Below are positions 10,145 to 20,648 of a stretch of DNA of 64,000 nt, piece by piece; within the stretch, counting starts at the first letter, position 1; each line of letters starts with the position of its first letter. The translations under genes and the position numbers were made by a program. Origin of the DNA: Pseudomonadales bacterium (GTDB taxonomy: Bacteria > Pseudomonadota > Gammaproteobacteria > Pseudomonadales > JANQJO01); assembly GCA_028281605.1 (NCBI GenBank), contig JANQJO010000060.1:5-64004 (forward strand). The letters are read 5' to 3'. Under the pieces are notes generated by a model. That model saw only the letters and a program-made list of their open reading frames with translations, did no database searches and was not told the DNA's origin.

Positions 10145-10975
10145 TCAAGCGGTTACATTGCTGTAGTTGGAAGAGATTTGAGCAATACTTTCTGAGTTAT
10201 TTTTAATTTGTTCTTTAATATCTTTCTCTTTTTGTAGAGTTATATGGTTTTCTACATCGGGATTGGTTGCGAACATGATTTGTTGAGGGGTTAAACCAAA
10301 GAGCTTGATGTCTTGTTCTTGTTTTTGCAAGATTATTGCTACTTCTGCCATAAAATAGCTGTAGAATAAATGCGGTGGATTTTCTGTTGCTATCTTATTT
10401 TCTAAAACTTTTAGGGTAAAGTGCATCAAAGGTGTTTCTCCGGCTGTATTGGTTTTTGTTAAATCAATATGTTGTGCTAAGTTGCTGACAAAGATCTTGG
10501 CCGTTAATTGTGGTGTAGTATTATTTGCTAAAATGTTGTTTTTTGATAAAAGAAATAAAAAGCTTTTGATTAAGCTTTCGACTGTGATGATATGATGAGC
10601 AAGCGTATTACCTTTATTGTTTGGTTTAAAATTATTTAAGCCTGTTTGGACTAACCATTGGTTAAATTTGTCTTTATCCAGATAATGAGAATCATCTGGA
10701 GTAATTTCAGATAATCCTCTAGGTTTGAAATTGCATGAATAGAAACTTTCATTGGATGAGGTTGGGGTTAGTGATCTTGATGTTTCTATGGATTGTAGTC
10801 CGTTAAATCCTGTGTGTGATAAAAGAGATCTATAATAGGGGTGGCGTTTTTTTATCTGTTGTATGAGATGATCTGTGAATGATTTGATCTGTTTAATGAT
10901 CTTTGAACAATTGAGTTTACTTGTTTGATCAGGGTCATATGTTGTGGCCCTTGGGGATTGGAAAAGTCTTAGCAT
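10145..10975 (-). CDS. AT-rich hypothetical protein with two ankyrin-like repeats
   Basis: NKGNTLAHHI and TAGETPLMHF resemble the G-x-TPLH core of ANK repeats. Low GC. The stop abuts the selO start. Confidence 0.45.
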   Translation of the reverse strand: MLRLFQSPRATTYDPDQTSKLNCSKIIKQIKSFTDHLIQQIKKRHPYYRSLLSHTGFNGLQSIETSRSLTPTSSNESFYSCNFKPRGLSEITPDDSHYLDKDKFNQWLVQTGLNNFKPNNKGNTLAHHIITVESLIKSFLFLLSKNNILANNTTPQLTAKIFVSNLAQHIDLTKTNTAGETPLMHFTLKVLENKIATENPPHLFYSYFMAEVAIILQKQEQDIKLFGLTPQQIMFATNPDVENHITLQKEKDIKEQIKNNSESIAQISSNYSNVTA

Positions 10976-11281
10976 CGTTATTGTGGCTACCCTTTGCTTT
11001 ATACTGCCATTGTTTTGTTTTCTAGAACAAAATAAGTTGACTAATGGCTTTTATGTGTTTTTTCTGTATTTAATCTTACCAGATGGTTGGGTTATTTATC
11101 AACGATATGAAGAACTCTATGAGTTAGATGAGTTTGTGACGTCTGTGCTTGTTTTCTTATGTGGCGCCATGCTACAGTAATTGCCGCTTATAAATTCGTA
11201 GGCTTAGTATAAATTAGGGAATTTTTTGCTAATTAAAGCAATATAATTAAGGCTGGTAGTAAGGGAGTGATAGGGATCATC

Positions 11282-13702
11282 ATGTGTGCTGAAAAAATGA
11301 GGGCTTTAGCAGGAGTTCTTATCAATGTCATACTTTGTTGTTTATTGTTTGCCTGTGGTGGGGCTGAAGATCGCAGAGAAAAGTATCTTAATAAGGCACA
11401 AACTCAATTTGATGTGGGCGATTATATTAAAGCTCGATTGGAAGTTAAAAATGCCTTGCAAATTGATCCCAATCACGCTGATGCTCGGTTTTTAATGGGA
11501 GAGATAGAAGCAGCCACCAAAAATTGGCCACAAGCGTTTGCTAATTATTCAAAAGTGCTTGAATTATCTCCAGAGCATCAGCCAGCTAGACTGAAATTGT
11601 CTGAACTTTATCTCTTAAATGGAAATTTAACTAAAGCTTTAGAGCAAGCAGAAGCTGTACTTGCGCGTGAGCCTGAGCAATTGCGAGCGACAGTTCTGCG
11701 TGCAGCAGTGCAGTTGCGCCAGGGGGATTTTGTCTCTGCTAAGCAGGGCTTGACGGCAGTACTTGGGCGGGAGCCGACCGATGAACAAGCTCGTCTTGTG
11801 TTGGCTTCTCTCTATATGCAACAGCAGCAACCTGAGCAAGCGGTCGAAACCCTTTTGATCGGTTTAAAACACACGCCTAACGATTTGCCTCAAACATTGA
11901 TGTTGGCCGATGTTTATATAAAAAATAATCGTCCTGTGGAAGCTGTAGCGACCTTGCGTAGAATCATTGAACTTGAACCTAAACGAGCTAAGCCAAGATT
12001 GATCTTAGTGCAATACTTGGAGCAGTTAGAACGGTTTGAACAAGCGGAAGCTGAATTGAGGCAAGCCATTGAGCAAAGCCCAGCCAATGAGCCTTTAAAA
12101 TTGGCTTTGGTTCAATTTATCGCTCGACATGAAGGTGAACAGCAAGCTTTGCAAACCTTACAGGCTTTTATTGCAAAACAAACTTCTCAAGAATACCTCT
12201 TAAAATTTGCACTTGCCGAGGTGTATGAGCGTCAACATTTAACATCACGTGCACAGCAAACATTGGAATCTTTGTTTGATCATGAAAACCCTGATGTACC
12301 GCTCGAGGCACGAGTCAAGTTGGCTAAGCTGATGTTTAAGCAAAAACAAGTGGCGCAGGCCCAAGATTTATTAACACAGGTATTGGAAGAGAGTCGTAAC
12401 CACACAGAAGCCTTGTTTTTACGCAGTGAATTGAAACTTCAGCAGTCTGATGCTGATGGTGCTGTTTCTGATTTACGTTTGTTGCTTAAGCAGCAGCCTG
12501 ATGCCTTGCCTGCTTATAAACAATTAGCCAAAGCGTATCTGCTTAAGCAAGAAAAAGTGTTGGCAAAGGATGTGCTGAAAAGAGCCCTGTCTTTTGCCCC
12601 CCACGATAGCCAAACCAGCTTATTATTGGCGCAGATTGAAAGTGGGCAGGGTCAATTACAAACGGCTATGAATACGCTCAAAAAGGGACTGAATCATAAC
12701 CCAGATGATAAGCACTTGATAAAAGCAGCCCTACAGGTGGCTGTGGTTGATAAAAACTTTAAGCAGGCGCATGGACTAGTGGAACGTTTCAAAAATCTTG
12801 CGATGACTGATACTGATACAGCAGAGGCCAGTTTGATGCAAGCAACCATCTTGCACGCACAAGGTGATGTTTCGGCGGCTATTAAAGCGTATCAAGCTGC
12901 ACTGGTGCATATGCCCACTTCAATTCCTGTGTTAAAACCCTTTGCAAAGCTGTTGGTGCGAGAGCAGCAAATGCAACAAGCAGAACAGTTGTTGCAGCAA
13001 GCGCTTGCTAAAGCGCCTAACGATGCAGCACTGCATAATTTGCAAGCGGAGGTCTTTATGGCTTTGAAGCGTTTTAATCAGGCGATAGTCTCTTTAGAGC
13101 AAGCCATTAAACTCAAACCCCAGTGGGCCACGCCTTACGGCAATCTTGGTTTGTGTTATGAAAGTCAAAAAAAGCCGAGCGAGGCTATTGTGGCTTATCA
13201 GCGCGGACTCAACAGCACTGAAGATAAACACTTAGGTTTTCGTATGGCTTTGCTGCATCAGCAGCAACAGCAATACGATGCAGCTATTGCAGCCTATGAG
13301 CGCTTAGTCACACGTTATCCTGATTTTGATGTTGCTGCCAATAATTTGGCCATGTTATTGGCCGATGCAAAGCGCTCTAATCCCAGTTCAGCGGATTTAA
13401 TGAGGGCCAAAGAGTTGGTGGTGCGGTTAGCAGCAAGCGATTTACCGATGTTTCAAGACACCGCTGCTTGGGTATATTATCGTTTGGGCGAGTTAGATCA
13501 GGCACTGTCCTTGCTCAGTCGCGCAGCTGAACAATTGAAGGATGAACCTAGCGTTCATTATCATTTAGGGGTTGTGCAACATGCCAAAGGAGACCTTGTT
13601 GCAGCAAAAACACAGCTGAGCAAAGCCCTTGCGGTAGGTGGGTTATCTGCAATGAATGCTGAGCATGCTCATCAACTCTTAGAGCAAATGCAAAAGATTT
13701 AA
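11282..13702 (+). CDS. PEP-CTERM-system-type TPR-repeat lipoprotein
   Basis: Lipobox LLFACGG, followed by about 800 aa of TPR repeats. First gene of the EPS export cluster. Start is uncertain (11282 or 11297). Confidence 0.7.
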   Translation: MCAEKMRALAGVLINVILCCLLFACGGAEDRREKYLNKAQTQFDVGDYIKARLEVKNALQIDPNHADARFLMGEIEAATKNWPQAFANYSKVLELSPEHQPARLKLSELYLLNGNLTKALEQAEAVLAREPEQLRATVLRAAVQLRQGDFVSAKQGLTAVLGREPTDEQARLVLASLYMQQQQPEQAVETLLIGLKHTPNDLPQTLMLADVYIKNNRPVEAVATLRRIIELEPKRAKPRLILVQYLEQLERFEQAEAELRQAIEQSPANEPLKLALVQFIARHEGEQQALQTLQAFIAKQTSQEYLLKFALAEVYERQHLTSRAQQTLESLFDHENPDVPLEARVKLAKLMFKQKQVAQAQDLLTQVLEESRNHTEALFLRSELKLQQSDADGAVSDLRLLLKQQPDALPAYKQLAKAYLLKQEKVLAKDVLKRALSFAPHDSQTSLLLAQIESGQGQLQTAMNTLKKGLNHNPDDKHLIKAALQVAVVDKNFKQAHGLVERFKNLAMTDTDTAEASLMQATILHAQGDVSAAIKAYQAALVHMPTSIPVLKPFAKLLVREQQMQQAEQLLQQALAKAPNDAALHNLQAEVFMALKRFNQAIVSLEQAIKLKPQWATPYGNLGLCYESQKKPSEAIVAYQRGLNSTEDKHLGFRMALLHQQQQQYDAAIAAYERLVTRYPDFDVAANNLAMLLADAKRSNPSSADLMRAKELVVRLAASDLPMFQDTAAWVYYRLGELDQALSLLSRAAEQLKDEPSVHYHLGVVQHAKGDLVAAKTQLSKALAVGGLSAMNAEHAHQLLEQMQKI

Positions 13703-13717
13703 GGTGTTTAAGATTGT

Positions 13718-14308
13718 ATGAGACAAGTTTTTATTGTATTAACAAGCTTGATGATGTTTGCAAGCGCTACATTAGCAGAATCCACTCAAACCAAAGTGAA
13801 GCAGGCGCTTAGCCTAGGTTCGACGGAGTATCTTGTTCAGCCGGGGGATGTTCTGCGTATTTCCGTTTGGAAGGAGCAAGATTTACAAAGTGATGTGTTG
13901 ATACAGCCCGATGGCCGTTTTGCTTTTCCTTTGATTGGTAAGGTTGATGCGCGGGGTAAATCTGCCGGTCAATTGACCCGAGAATTGGAGAAGAAAATCA
14001 GTCGTTTTATAGCCGATGCGTCAGTGACAGTGATGGTCGCACAAGCCTTGGGTAATAAAGTGTTTGTCATTGGCCAAGTGAAACGCCCGGGTGAGTTTAT
14101 GATGACGCGTAATACGGATGTTTTACAATCATTAAGTATGGCAGGAGGCTTGGCACCGTTTGCAAAAAGTAGCCATATTCGTATTATTCGTCGCCGTGAT
14201 TCTGGTGAGCAAGTAGCTTTTAAATTTGATTATAACGATGTCATGCACGGTAAAAAGCTAAAGCAAAATATTGTCCTGCGGGGGGGTGATGTCATAATTG
14301 TGCCTTAA
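13718..14308 (+). CDS. polysaccharide export protein (Wza/EpsE-like periplasmic part)
   Basis: Signal peptide. Poly_export-type motif PGDVLRISVWKEQDL and an SLBB-like C-terminus. Confidence 0.8.
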   Translation: MRQVFIVLTSLMMFASATLAESTQTKVKQALSLGSTEYLVQPGDVLRISVWKEQDLQSDVLIQPDGRFAFPLIGKVDARGKSAGQLTRELEKKISRFIADASVTVMVAQALGNKVFVIGQVKRPGEFMMTRNTDVLQSLSMAGGLAPFAKSSHIRIIRRRDSGEQVAFKFDYNDVMHGKKLKQNIVLRGGDVIIVP

Positions 14309-14327
14309 AAACAGATCTGGATCAGGG

Positions 14328-15527
14328 ATGATGTATTTGCGCTTGATTGGATGGATGGTAATGGTCAAGGCTCAATCGGTATTGGCTTCACAGTGGTATT
14401 GGCAACCCCATTTTAGTGTAGCAACAGAGTATAATGACAACCCTTTGCTCAGTAATACTCTGATTACAGAGACAAGCTCTGCGGTGACTCAAGCAGGCTT
14501 TAACGTAGGCGTGCGTGATCAAAGTCGTATGTTGCAGCTGTCACCTCGTTTTCGTTCGAGTGATTACAGTGATGATGCGTTGGCCCTGGATCGAGACGAT
14601 GGTTATTTAGATGTGAAAAGTCGCATCAATACCTTGCGTTCTGAGTTTCGCATAGACTTGTCTTATGCCGATGAAAGCACACGCACCAGTGAATTGTTTG
14701 ATACCGGTCAATTGCAGGTCAGAATTCCAGTGACACGATTGACTGTAAGACCTGCTTGGGACTATCTTGTTTCTCAGAACAACACGCTCAGAATCAGTGC
14801 ATCAAATCAACGTACCGAGTATGACGAAGGTGAGTTAAACGGATTGTTTGACTATCACTACGATCAGTTGGGTGTGGTTTGGGAGCAACAAAGAGGTGGT
14901 GCAGCAAGAGCAATTAATACGATTTATGCTGGTGTTTTTTGGTCTGAATACGACGTCGGTTCTGTTGCCAGCTTCTTTATTGCTAATCGTTCTCAGACGC
15001 AAGGTGTGCATCTTGGTTATACTCATTACTATACGCCTTTCTTGTCTTTTAATGTGCAGATAGGGATGCGTGAGACGGACTTTACGTTTAATTTAAGCGG
15101 CCAGGCGCTCACAACAGAGGACCGAGGGGAAACTCTGAGTGTGAGTGCCAAACAAGTATTTGCAAAGAGTCAGTTGACGGCAACGGCGATGCGTTCGATC
15201 ATACCCAGCAGTGCTGGAACTTTGTCAGAAAGGGATGAGGTCGTTGGTCGCTATAGGTACGATTTATCTTCTGGCTTGTCTTTGCAATGTTCTTTTAGGT
15301 GGTTTGAAAATAGATTCTTACAGGATTTTGTTACTGCTCTAAGGGAAGAACAGCGGCAGTATGAAGCGTTTGATGTGGGTTTGAATTGGCATTTCAGCCC
15401 GGTTTGGTCTTTGCACAGCAGTGTGCGAGTCAACGCCCAGCAGTATGATGATAATGAAAGTACCGATTCAACGCGCGTGCTGCTTTCACTGCGTTATACC
15501 GGTTTGCAGCAATCCATAGCACGATGA
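14328..15527 (+). CDS. putative outer-membrane beta-barrel protein of the EPS locus (EpsL-like)
   Basis: Signal-like N-terminus. Alternating beta-strand pattern, aromatic-rich, ending ...SLRYTGLQQSIAR. Position in the cluster supports the call. ATG at 14328 chosen. Confidence 0.45.
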   Translation: MMYLRLIGWMVMVKAQSVLASQWYWQPHFSVATEYNDNPLLSNTLITETSSAVTQAGFNVGVRDQSRMLQLSPRFRSSDYSDDALALDRDDGYLDVKSRINTLRSEFRIDLSYADESTRTSELFDTGQLQVRIPVTRLTVRPAWDYLVSQNNTLRISASNQRTEYDEGELNGLFDYHYDQLGVVWEQQRGGAARAINTIYAGVFWSEYDVGSVASFFIANRSQTQGVHLGYTHYYTPFLSFNVQIGMRETDFTFNLSGQALTTEDRGETLSVSAKQVFAKSQLTATAMRSIIPSSAGTLSERDEVVGRYRYDLSSGLSLQCSFRWFENRFLQDFVTALREEQRQYEAFDVGLNWHFSPVWSLHSSVRVNAQQYDDNESTDSTRVLLSLRYTGLQQSIAR

Positions 15528-15539
15528 GGGTCAAGCGTT

Positions 15540-17342
15540 ATGTATGAAGAAGACACAGCAGGTTATACGCAAAGAAGTTTTCGTGAAACGTTAGAGGTGA
15601 TGTCAAGGCGTAAAGCACAAATGATATTGACAGGCTTGATGATCGTGCTCTTGACAGTGATTTTAGCCTTTGGTTTACCTCCTATTTATCGCTCTTCAAG
15701 TACGATTTTAATTGAGCAGCAAGAAATTCCTCAAGATCTTGTGCGTTCCACCATCACCAGTTATGCCGATCAGCGTATCCAAATGATCAGTCAACGTGTG
15801 ATGACCAGTGCCAATTTGTGGTCGATTGTTGAAAAATACGATTTGTACAGTAAGGCAAGAAAAAAAGAACCGCGAGAAGTGGTGATTGAAGACATGCGTG
15901 AGGATGTTGTTATGGATACCATCAGTGCTGAAGTGGTGGATCCAAGAAGTGGTCGCCCCACACAAGCAACCATTGCTTTTGGCTTGGCTTATGAAAGCCT
16001 CAACCCGCAGCGAGCACAAAAAGTTGCGAATGAATTAACTACCTTATTTTTGAATGAAAACTTAAAGACACGTGTACGCATGACAGAAGAGACTTCGATT
16101 TTTTTAAAGGAAGAAGCTAAAAAATTGGAGCAAATGATAGCTGACCTAGAGCGCCAGTTAGCCGACTTTAAGCAAAAAAATGTGACCCGTTTGCCTGAAT
16201 TGTCACAGCTGAATATGACCTTAATGGATCGTACAGAACGAGAGTTGTTTGAAGTGGATCGAAGCTTAAGGTCTTTGGACGAACGTAAAATTTATCTTGA
16301 ATCGGAATTGGCACAAATGAGTCCAAGTGCCACGGTGATTTCTCAAACCGGTGAACGTGTTTTAGGTACTGCCGGGCGTCTTAAGGTGTTAGAAGCTGAA
16401 TATGTGAAGCGTTCTTCAGTGTATTTACCAGATCACCCGGATATTCGAAAGTTGAAGAAAGAAATCGCAGCCTTGCGTTTAGAATTGGGTAAAGAGCCAG
16501 GTACGGAGCCAGTGCAAGACTCTACTGAAGAGATTCGTACACAGCTGATGGCCACAAGCAGTGAGTTGGCACTGGCTCGACAAAAATACTCAAAAAGCCA
16601 TCCTGATGTGTTGCGTTTAGAAAGAACCGTCGCTGAACTTGAGTTGGTTTATCAACAAGCACAACAACGCAGTGTAAATCAGTCATTGATTAGAAAGTTA
16701 CACTCTGACAATCCGGCGTATATTCAGCTGGCCGCGCAATTAAGGGCCGCTGAGTCTGAACATTATTCTTTGCGCCAAAAACGTGATGAGTTGCAAAGTA
16801 AATTAGAAGATTTAGAAAATCGTTTGCTTAAAACCCCACAAATTGAGCGTGAATACAAGCGTTTAACTCGTGACTATGATCATGCGATCTTAAAATACCG
16901 TGAAATTAAAGCCAAGCAAATGGAAGCTAACCTGGCAGAATCTTTAGAAGTAGAGCGTAAAGGCGAGCGTTTTACTCTGATTGAACCTCCATTGTTGCCG
17001 GAAAAACCAGTTAAACCGAATCGTTTGGTGATTTTATGTGTAGGCTTTGTGTTTGCTCTAATCGGTGCGATTGGTTTAGCTTTTGTGTTGGATGCCATTG
17101 ATGGTAAAGTACATGGATATAAGCATTTACGCAGCTTTTTGGGTAGCACGGTTGGGCAATCTCCTGTGGTTGTGGTTCCTTTTATTTTAACTGAAAAAGA
17201 TATGCTTAAGAAACGGCGTTATGTGACTGCTGCTGCCATTTCAACGTTTGTTGGGGTTGCGATTATAGTAGGGTGTTTTCATGCGTTTGTAATGCCTATG
17301 GATACTTTTTGGTATGTTATGATGAGACGTTTGGGGGTTTAA
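15540..17342 (+). CDS. polysaccharide chain-length determinant (Wzz/GumC/EpsF-like)
   Basis: N-terminal and C-terminal TM segments flank a long coiled-coil periplasmic domain. Proline-rich motif PLLPEKPVKPNR precedes the last TM segment. Confidence 0.8.
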   Translation: MYEEDTAGYTQRSFRETLEVMSRRKAQMILTGLMIVLLTVILAFGLPPIYRSSSTILIEQQEIPQDLVRSTITSYADQRIQMISQRVMTSANLWSIVEKYDLYSKARKKEPREVVIEDMREDVVMDTISAEVVDPRSGRPTQATIAFGLAYESLNPQRAQKVANELTTLFLNENLKTRVRMTEETSIFLKEEAKKLEQMIADLERQLADFKQKNVTRLPELSQLNMTLMDRTERELFEVDRSLRSLDERKIYLESELAQMSPSATVISQTGERVLGTAGRLKVLEAEYVKRSSVYLPDHPDIRKLKKEIAALRLELGKEPGTEPVQDSTEEIRTQLMATSSELALARQKYSKSHPDVLRLERTVAELELVYQQAQQRSVNQSLIRKLHSDNPAYIQLAAQLRAAESEHYSLRQKRDELQSKLEDLENRLLKTPQIEREYKRLTRDYDHAILKYREIKAKQMEANLAESLEVERKGERFTLIEPPLLPEKPVKPNRLVILCVGFVFALIGAIGLAFVLDAIDGKVHGYKHLRSFLGSTVGQSPVVVVPFILTEKDMLKKRRYVTAAAISTFVGVAIIVGCFHAFVMPMDTFWYVMMRRLGV

Positions 17343-17345
17343 GCC

Positions 17346-18200
17346 ATGGAGCAGGTTGAACAGGCACTTAAACGTGCTAAGGTAGAACAACAGCATCAAG
17401 CTTTTGAGCAGGGGAGTTCTAGTGGTCACCAGCCTTGTTCTGTTGAGGCTCAGTTTTCTGCTACTGATAAGCGTATTTGCTATACACAAACACACAGAAT
17501 TGTGTTTGATGAACGTGTGTTAAACGAGGAGCGCATTATTGCAGGGCGTACTCATTATACGCATGAGTCAAATAAAATCAGTAGTGCGTATAAAATTTTG
17601 CGTACTCAAGTATTGCAACGTTTAAAAGCTCGTCATTGTAACAATTTTGGTATTGTCAGTGCCAACCCAGGAGAGGGTAAGTCATTGACGGCTATCAATT
17701 TAGCGATCAGTTTAGCCCAGGAAGTGCAGCATACAGTATTATTGGTTGATTTTGATTTAAAGAACCCTTCTATTCACACGTATTTTAAGTATTGTCCTGG
17801 GTATTGTTTGAATGATTATTTATTTAATGATGTGCCTTTGCCAGAGATTATGTTCAATCCTGGTATTGAAGGACTAGTGGTTTTGCCAGGTTCGGACAGT
17901 GTGCCCAACTCTTCTGAGATGTTATCCTCTCCAAAAGTAGGGCAGTTGGTTGAGGAGCTAAAATCTCGTTATGCTGAGCGTATTGTTATTTTTGATTTAC
18001 CTTCTTTGCTCAGTAGTGATGATGTTATGGCGTTTTCTCCGTATGTTGATTCTGTCTTGTTAGTTGTTGAAGACGGTAGAACGACACAGGATGAATTGAT
18101 GCAGTCTCTAGAGTATCTCGGTGAAACTGAGATTTTAGCAACAGTGTTGAATAAATCTAAGAGCAATAAGCTTAAGTTGCCTCGGGCCGTGAAGAGATGA
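17346..18200 (+). CDS. EPS-locus tyrosine-autokinase-like P-loop ATPase (EpsG/CapB-like)
   Basis: Walker A SANPGEGKS, A-prime LLVDFDL, Walker B VIFDLPS. Confidence 0.75.
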   Translation: MEQVEQALKRAKVEQQHQAFEQGSSSGHQPCSVEAQFSATDKRICYTQTHRIVFDERVLNEERIIAGRTHYTHESNKISSAYKILRTQVLQRLKARHCNNFGIVSANPGEGKSLTAINLAISLAQEVQHTVLLVDFDLKNPSIHTYFKYCPGYCLNDYLFNDVPLPEIMFNPGIEGLVVLPGSDSVPNSSEMLSSPKVGQLVEELKSRYAERIVIFDLPSLLSSDDVMAFSPYVDSVLLVVEDGRTTQDELMQSLEYLGETEILATVLNKSKSNKLKLPRAVKR

Positions 18201-19405
18201 ACATTGTTGAGACAAAAGTCTGTGTGCTAGGTTTAGGTTACATTGGTTTGCCTACAGCTTCTTTGTTGGGAACGAAAGGGTTTGAAGTGCAAGGTGTCGA
18301 TATTGACCCTAGCATTGTTAAAACGATTAATGAAGGTAATATTCATATTCATGAGCCGGATTTAGATATTTTAGTTAAATCGGCGGTGCAATCAGGGCGT
18401 TTAAAAGCGGCGGCTGAGCCTGGCGAGGCTGATGTTTTTATTTTGACAGTGCCGACTCCTTTAAAAGAAAACCGTGAACCGGATTTAAGTTATGTTGAGG
18501 CGGCTGTGTTGAGTATCACGCCTTATCTTAAACCAGGTAATATAGTGATTCTTGAATCGACTTGCCCGGTTGGAACCACTTTAGAGGTTGTTGTGACGTT
18601 TTTGCAGGAATCCCATTATGAGGTGGGTCGAGATATCTATGTTGCGTATTGTCCTGAGCGTGTTCTGCCGGGTCGAATTTTAATAGAATTGGTTGAGAAC
18701 GATCGTATTGTTGGAGGTATTAATGAAGCTTCCACTGATAAAGCGATTGAGTTTTATAAGAGCTTTGTACGTGGGGAAGTGTTAGCCACTGATGCGACTA
18801 CAGCAGAGTTAGCCAAGTTATCAGAAAATACTTTTCGTGATGTGAACATTGCTTTGGCCAATGAACTTTCCATGGTGGCGCATCAAGAGGGGGTTAATAT
18901 TTGGGAGTTATTGCGCTTGGCTAACCGTCATCCTCGTGTCAATATATTGCAGCCAGGGCCTGGTGTAGGGGGGCATTGTATTGCTGTTGATCCTTGGTTT
19001 ATCGTAGCGCGTTCTCAGGAGCAAGCACGCTTAATTCGAACAGCTCGAGAGGTGAATGATTACAAGCCATACTGGGTGATAGAGCGAGTTAAAGCCAGTG
19101 CCAATAAATTCAAACGCCCGGTGATTGGTTGTTTGGGTTTGGCTTTTAAAGCGGATGTTGGGGATTTGCGTGAATCACCTGCGCTAGAGATTGTTAAGCA
19201 ATTACAGGCTGAGCGAGTGGGGGAGTTATTAATCTCTGAGCCTAATTTGCAAACATATGATGCATTTGAACTCAAGCCACCAGAGTTTGTGATAGCTAAG
19301 TCGGATATTGTGTTGGTATTAGTTGATCATAAGCAATTTCGTAGTTTAAAAGCACAAGATTTACATGAAAAAATATTAATTGATACACGTGGCATATTTC
19401 AATGA
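18197..19405 (+). CDS. wecC: UDP-N-acetyl-D-mannosamine dehydrogenase
   Basis: N-terminal Rossmann motif VLGLGYIGLP, catalytic region GGHCI, and pairing with wecB. Confidence 0.85.
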   Translation: MNIVETKVCVLGLGYIGLPTASLLGTKGFEVQGVDIDPSIVKTINEGNIHIHEPDLDILVKSAVQSGRLKAAAEPGEADVFILTVPTPLKENREPDLSYVEAAVLSITPYLKPGNIVILESTCPVGTTLEVVVTFLQESHYEVGRDIYVAYCPERVLPGRILIELVENDRIVGGINEASTDKAIEFYKSFVRGEVLATDATTAELAKLSENTFRDVNIALANELSMVAHQEGVNIWELLRLANRHPRVNILQPGPGVGGHCIAVDPWFIVARSQEQARLIRTAREVNDYKPYWVIERVKASANKFKRPVIGCLGLAFKADVGDLRESPALEIVKQLQAERVGELLISEPNLQTYDAFELKPPEFVIAKSDIVLVLVDHKQFRSLKAQDLHEKILIDTRGIFQ

Positions 19406-20601
19406 CACTGAAGGTCATGACGGTTTTTGGTACCAGACCAGAGGCAATTAAAATGGCCCCTTTGGTGTTGGGTTTAGAGCAAATGTCTTGCTTTGAGTCT
19501 GTGGTGTGTGTGACCGCACAGCATCGCAACATGTTAGATCAAGTGTTGTCGGTGTTTGAGATTGAGCCTCAGTATGATTTGGATCTGATGTCGATCGATC
19601 AGGATTTATATGATGTGACAGCTAGTGTATTGTTGGGTATGCGTGACGTGTTGTCAGAGGCTTGTCCGGATATTGTGTTAGTACATGGTGATACCACCAC
19701 GTGTTTGGCGGCAAGTTTGGCGGCTTTTTATCAAAATATTCCGATTGGGCATGTTGAAGCAGGTTTGCGTACGGGGGATTTACAGGCGCCGTTTCCTGAA
19801 GAAGCCAATCGTTTATTAGTCGATGGCCTCAGTCATTATCATTTTGTACCGACGCAGCGTGCTAAACAATGTTTGTTGTCTGAGAATATCAGTGAAAGTC
19901 GGGTGTTTGTAACAGGCAATACAGTTATTGATGCTTTGTTGTATGTGCGTGATAAGGTTATTACGTATCCCATTGTACGGTGGCAGCAGTTGTTTGGTTT
20001 GGATTTGTTTGAGCGTATTATGAGTGCGCGTCGATTTCTAATTTTAATCACAGGTCATCGTAGAGAAAATTTTGGGCAGGGCTTTATTAATTTGTGTACG
20101 GCGATTAAGGTTTTGGCGCAGCGACATCCGAATTGGGATTTGGTGTATCCAGTGCATTTGAATCCTAATGTGCAGCGTCCAGTGCGTGCAATGCTTTCGA
20201 GGTTAGACAATGTTTTTTTAATTGGTCCACAAGAATACGAGGCTTTTGTTTGGTTGATGCAGCGGTGTGATTTGATTGTGACGGACTCAGGAGGAATTCA
20301 AGAAGAAGGGCCGGCTCTGGGCAAACCCGTATTAGTGACACGTGAAGTCACTGAGCGCCCTGAGGCAGTTGAGGCTAAAACAGTGATGTTGGTTGGGACA
20401 GACAGTGGTAAAATTATTAACAGTGTGGAGCAAGTGTTATTAGATCCGGCAATGTATCAATCGATGTCAACGGCGCATAATCCTTATGGGGATGGGCAGG
20501 CAGCGGCTTGCATTTTAGAGGTTTTACAGCGCATGTCACATTCATCAAATGCATTAAAGCAGTTTAGCATACAAAGGCCTAAATTCAATATAAATATGTA
20601 G
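19402..20601 (+). CDS. wecB: UDP-N-acetylglucosamine 2-epimerase (non-hydrolysing)
   Basis: VFGTRPEAIKMAP, HVEAGLRT, DSGGIQEE motifs. ATGA overlap with wecC. Confidence 0.9.
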   Translation: MTLKVMTVFGTRPEAIKMAPLVLGLEQMSCFESVVCVTAQHRNMLDQVLSVFEIEPQYDLDLMSIDQDLYDVTASVLLGMRDVLSEACPDIVLVHGDTTTCLAASLAAFYQNIPIGHVEAGLRTGDLQAPFPEEANRLLVDGLSHYHFVPTQRAKQCLLSENISESRVFVTGNTVIDALLYVRDKVITYPIVRWQQLFGLDLFERIMSARRFLILITGHRRENFGQGFINLCTAIKVLAQRHPNWDLVYPVHLNPNVQRPVRAMLSRLDNVFLIGPQEYEAFVWLMQRCDLIVTDSGGIQEEGPALGKPVLVTREVTERPEAVEAKTVMLVGTDSGKIINSVEQVLLDPAMYQSMSTAHNPYGDGQAAACILEVLQRMSHSSNALKQFSIQRPKFNINM

Positions 20602-20648
20602 CGCATATATTAACAACTTTTCACGCAAAAAGTGTCCTAAATTAAAAT

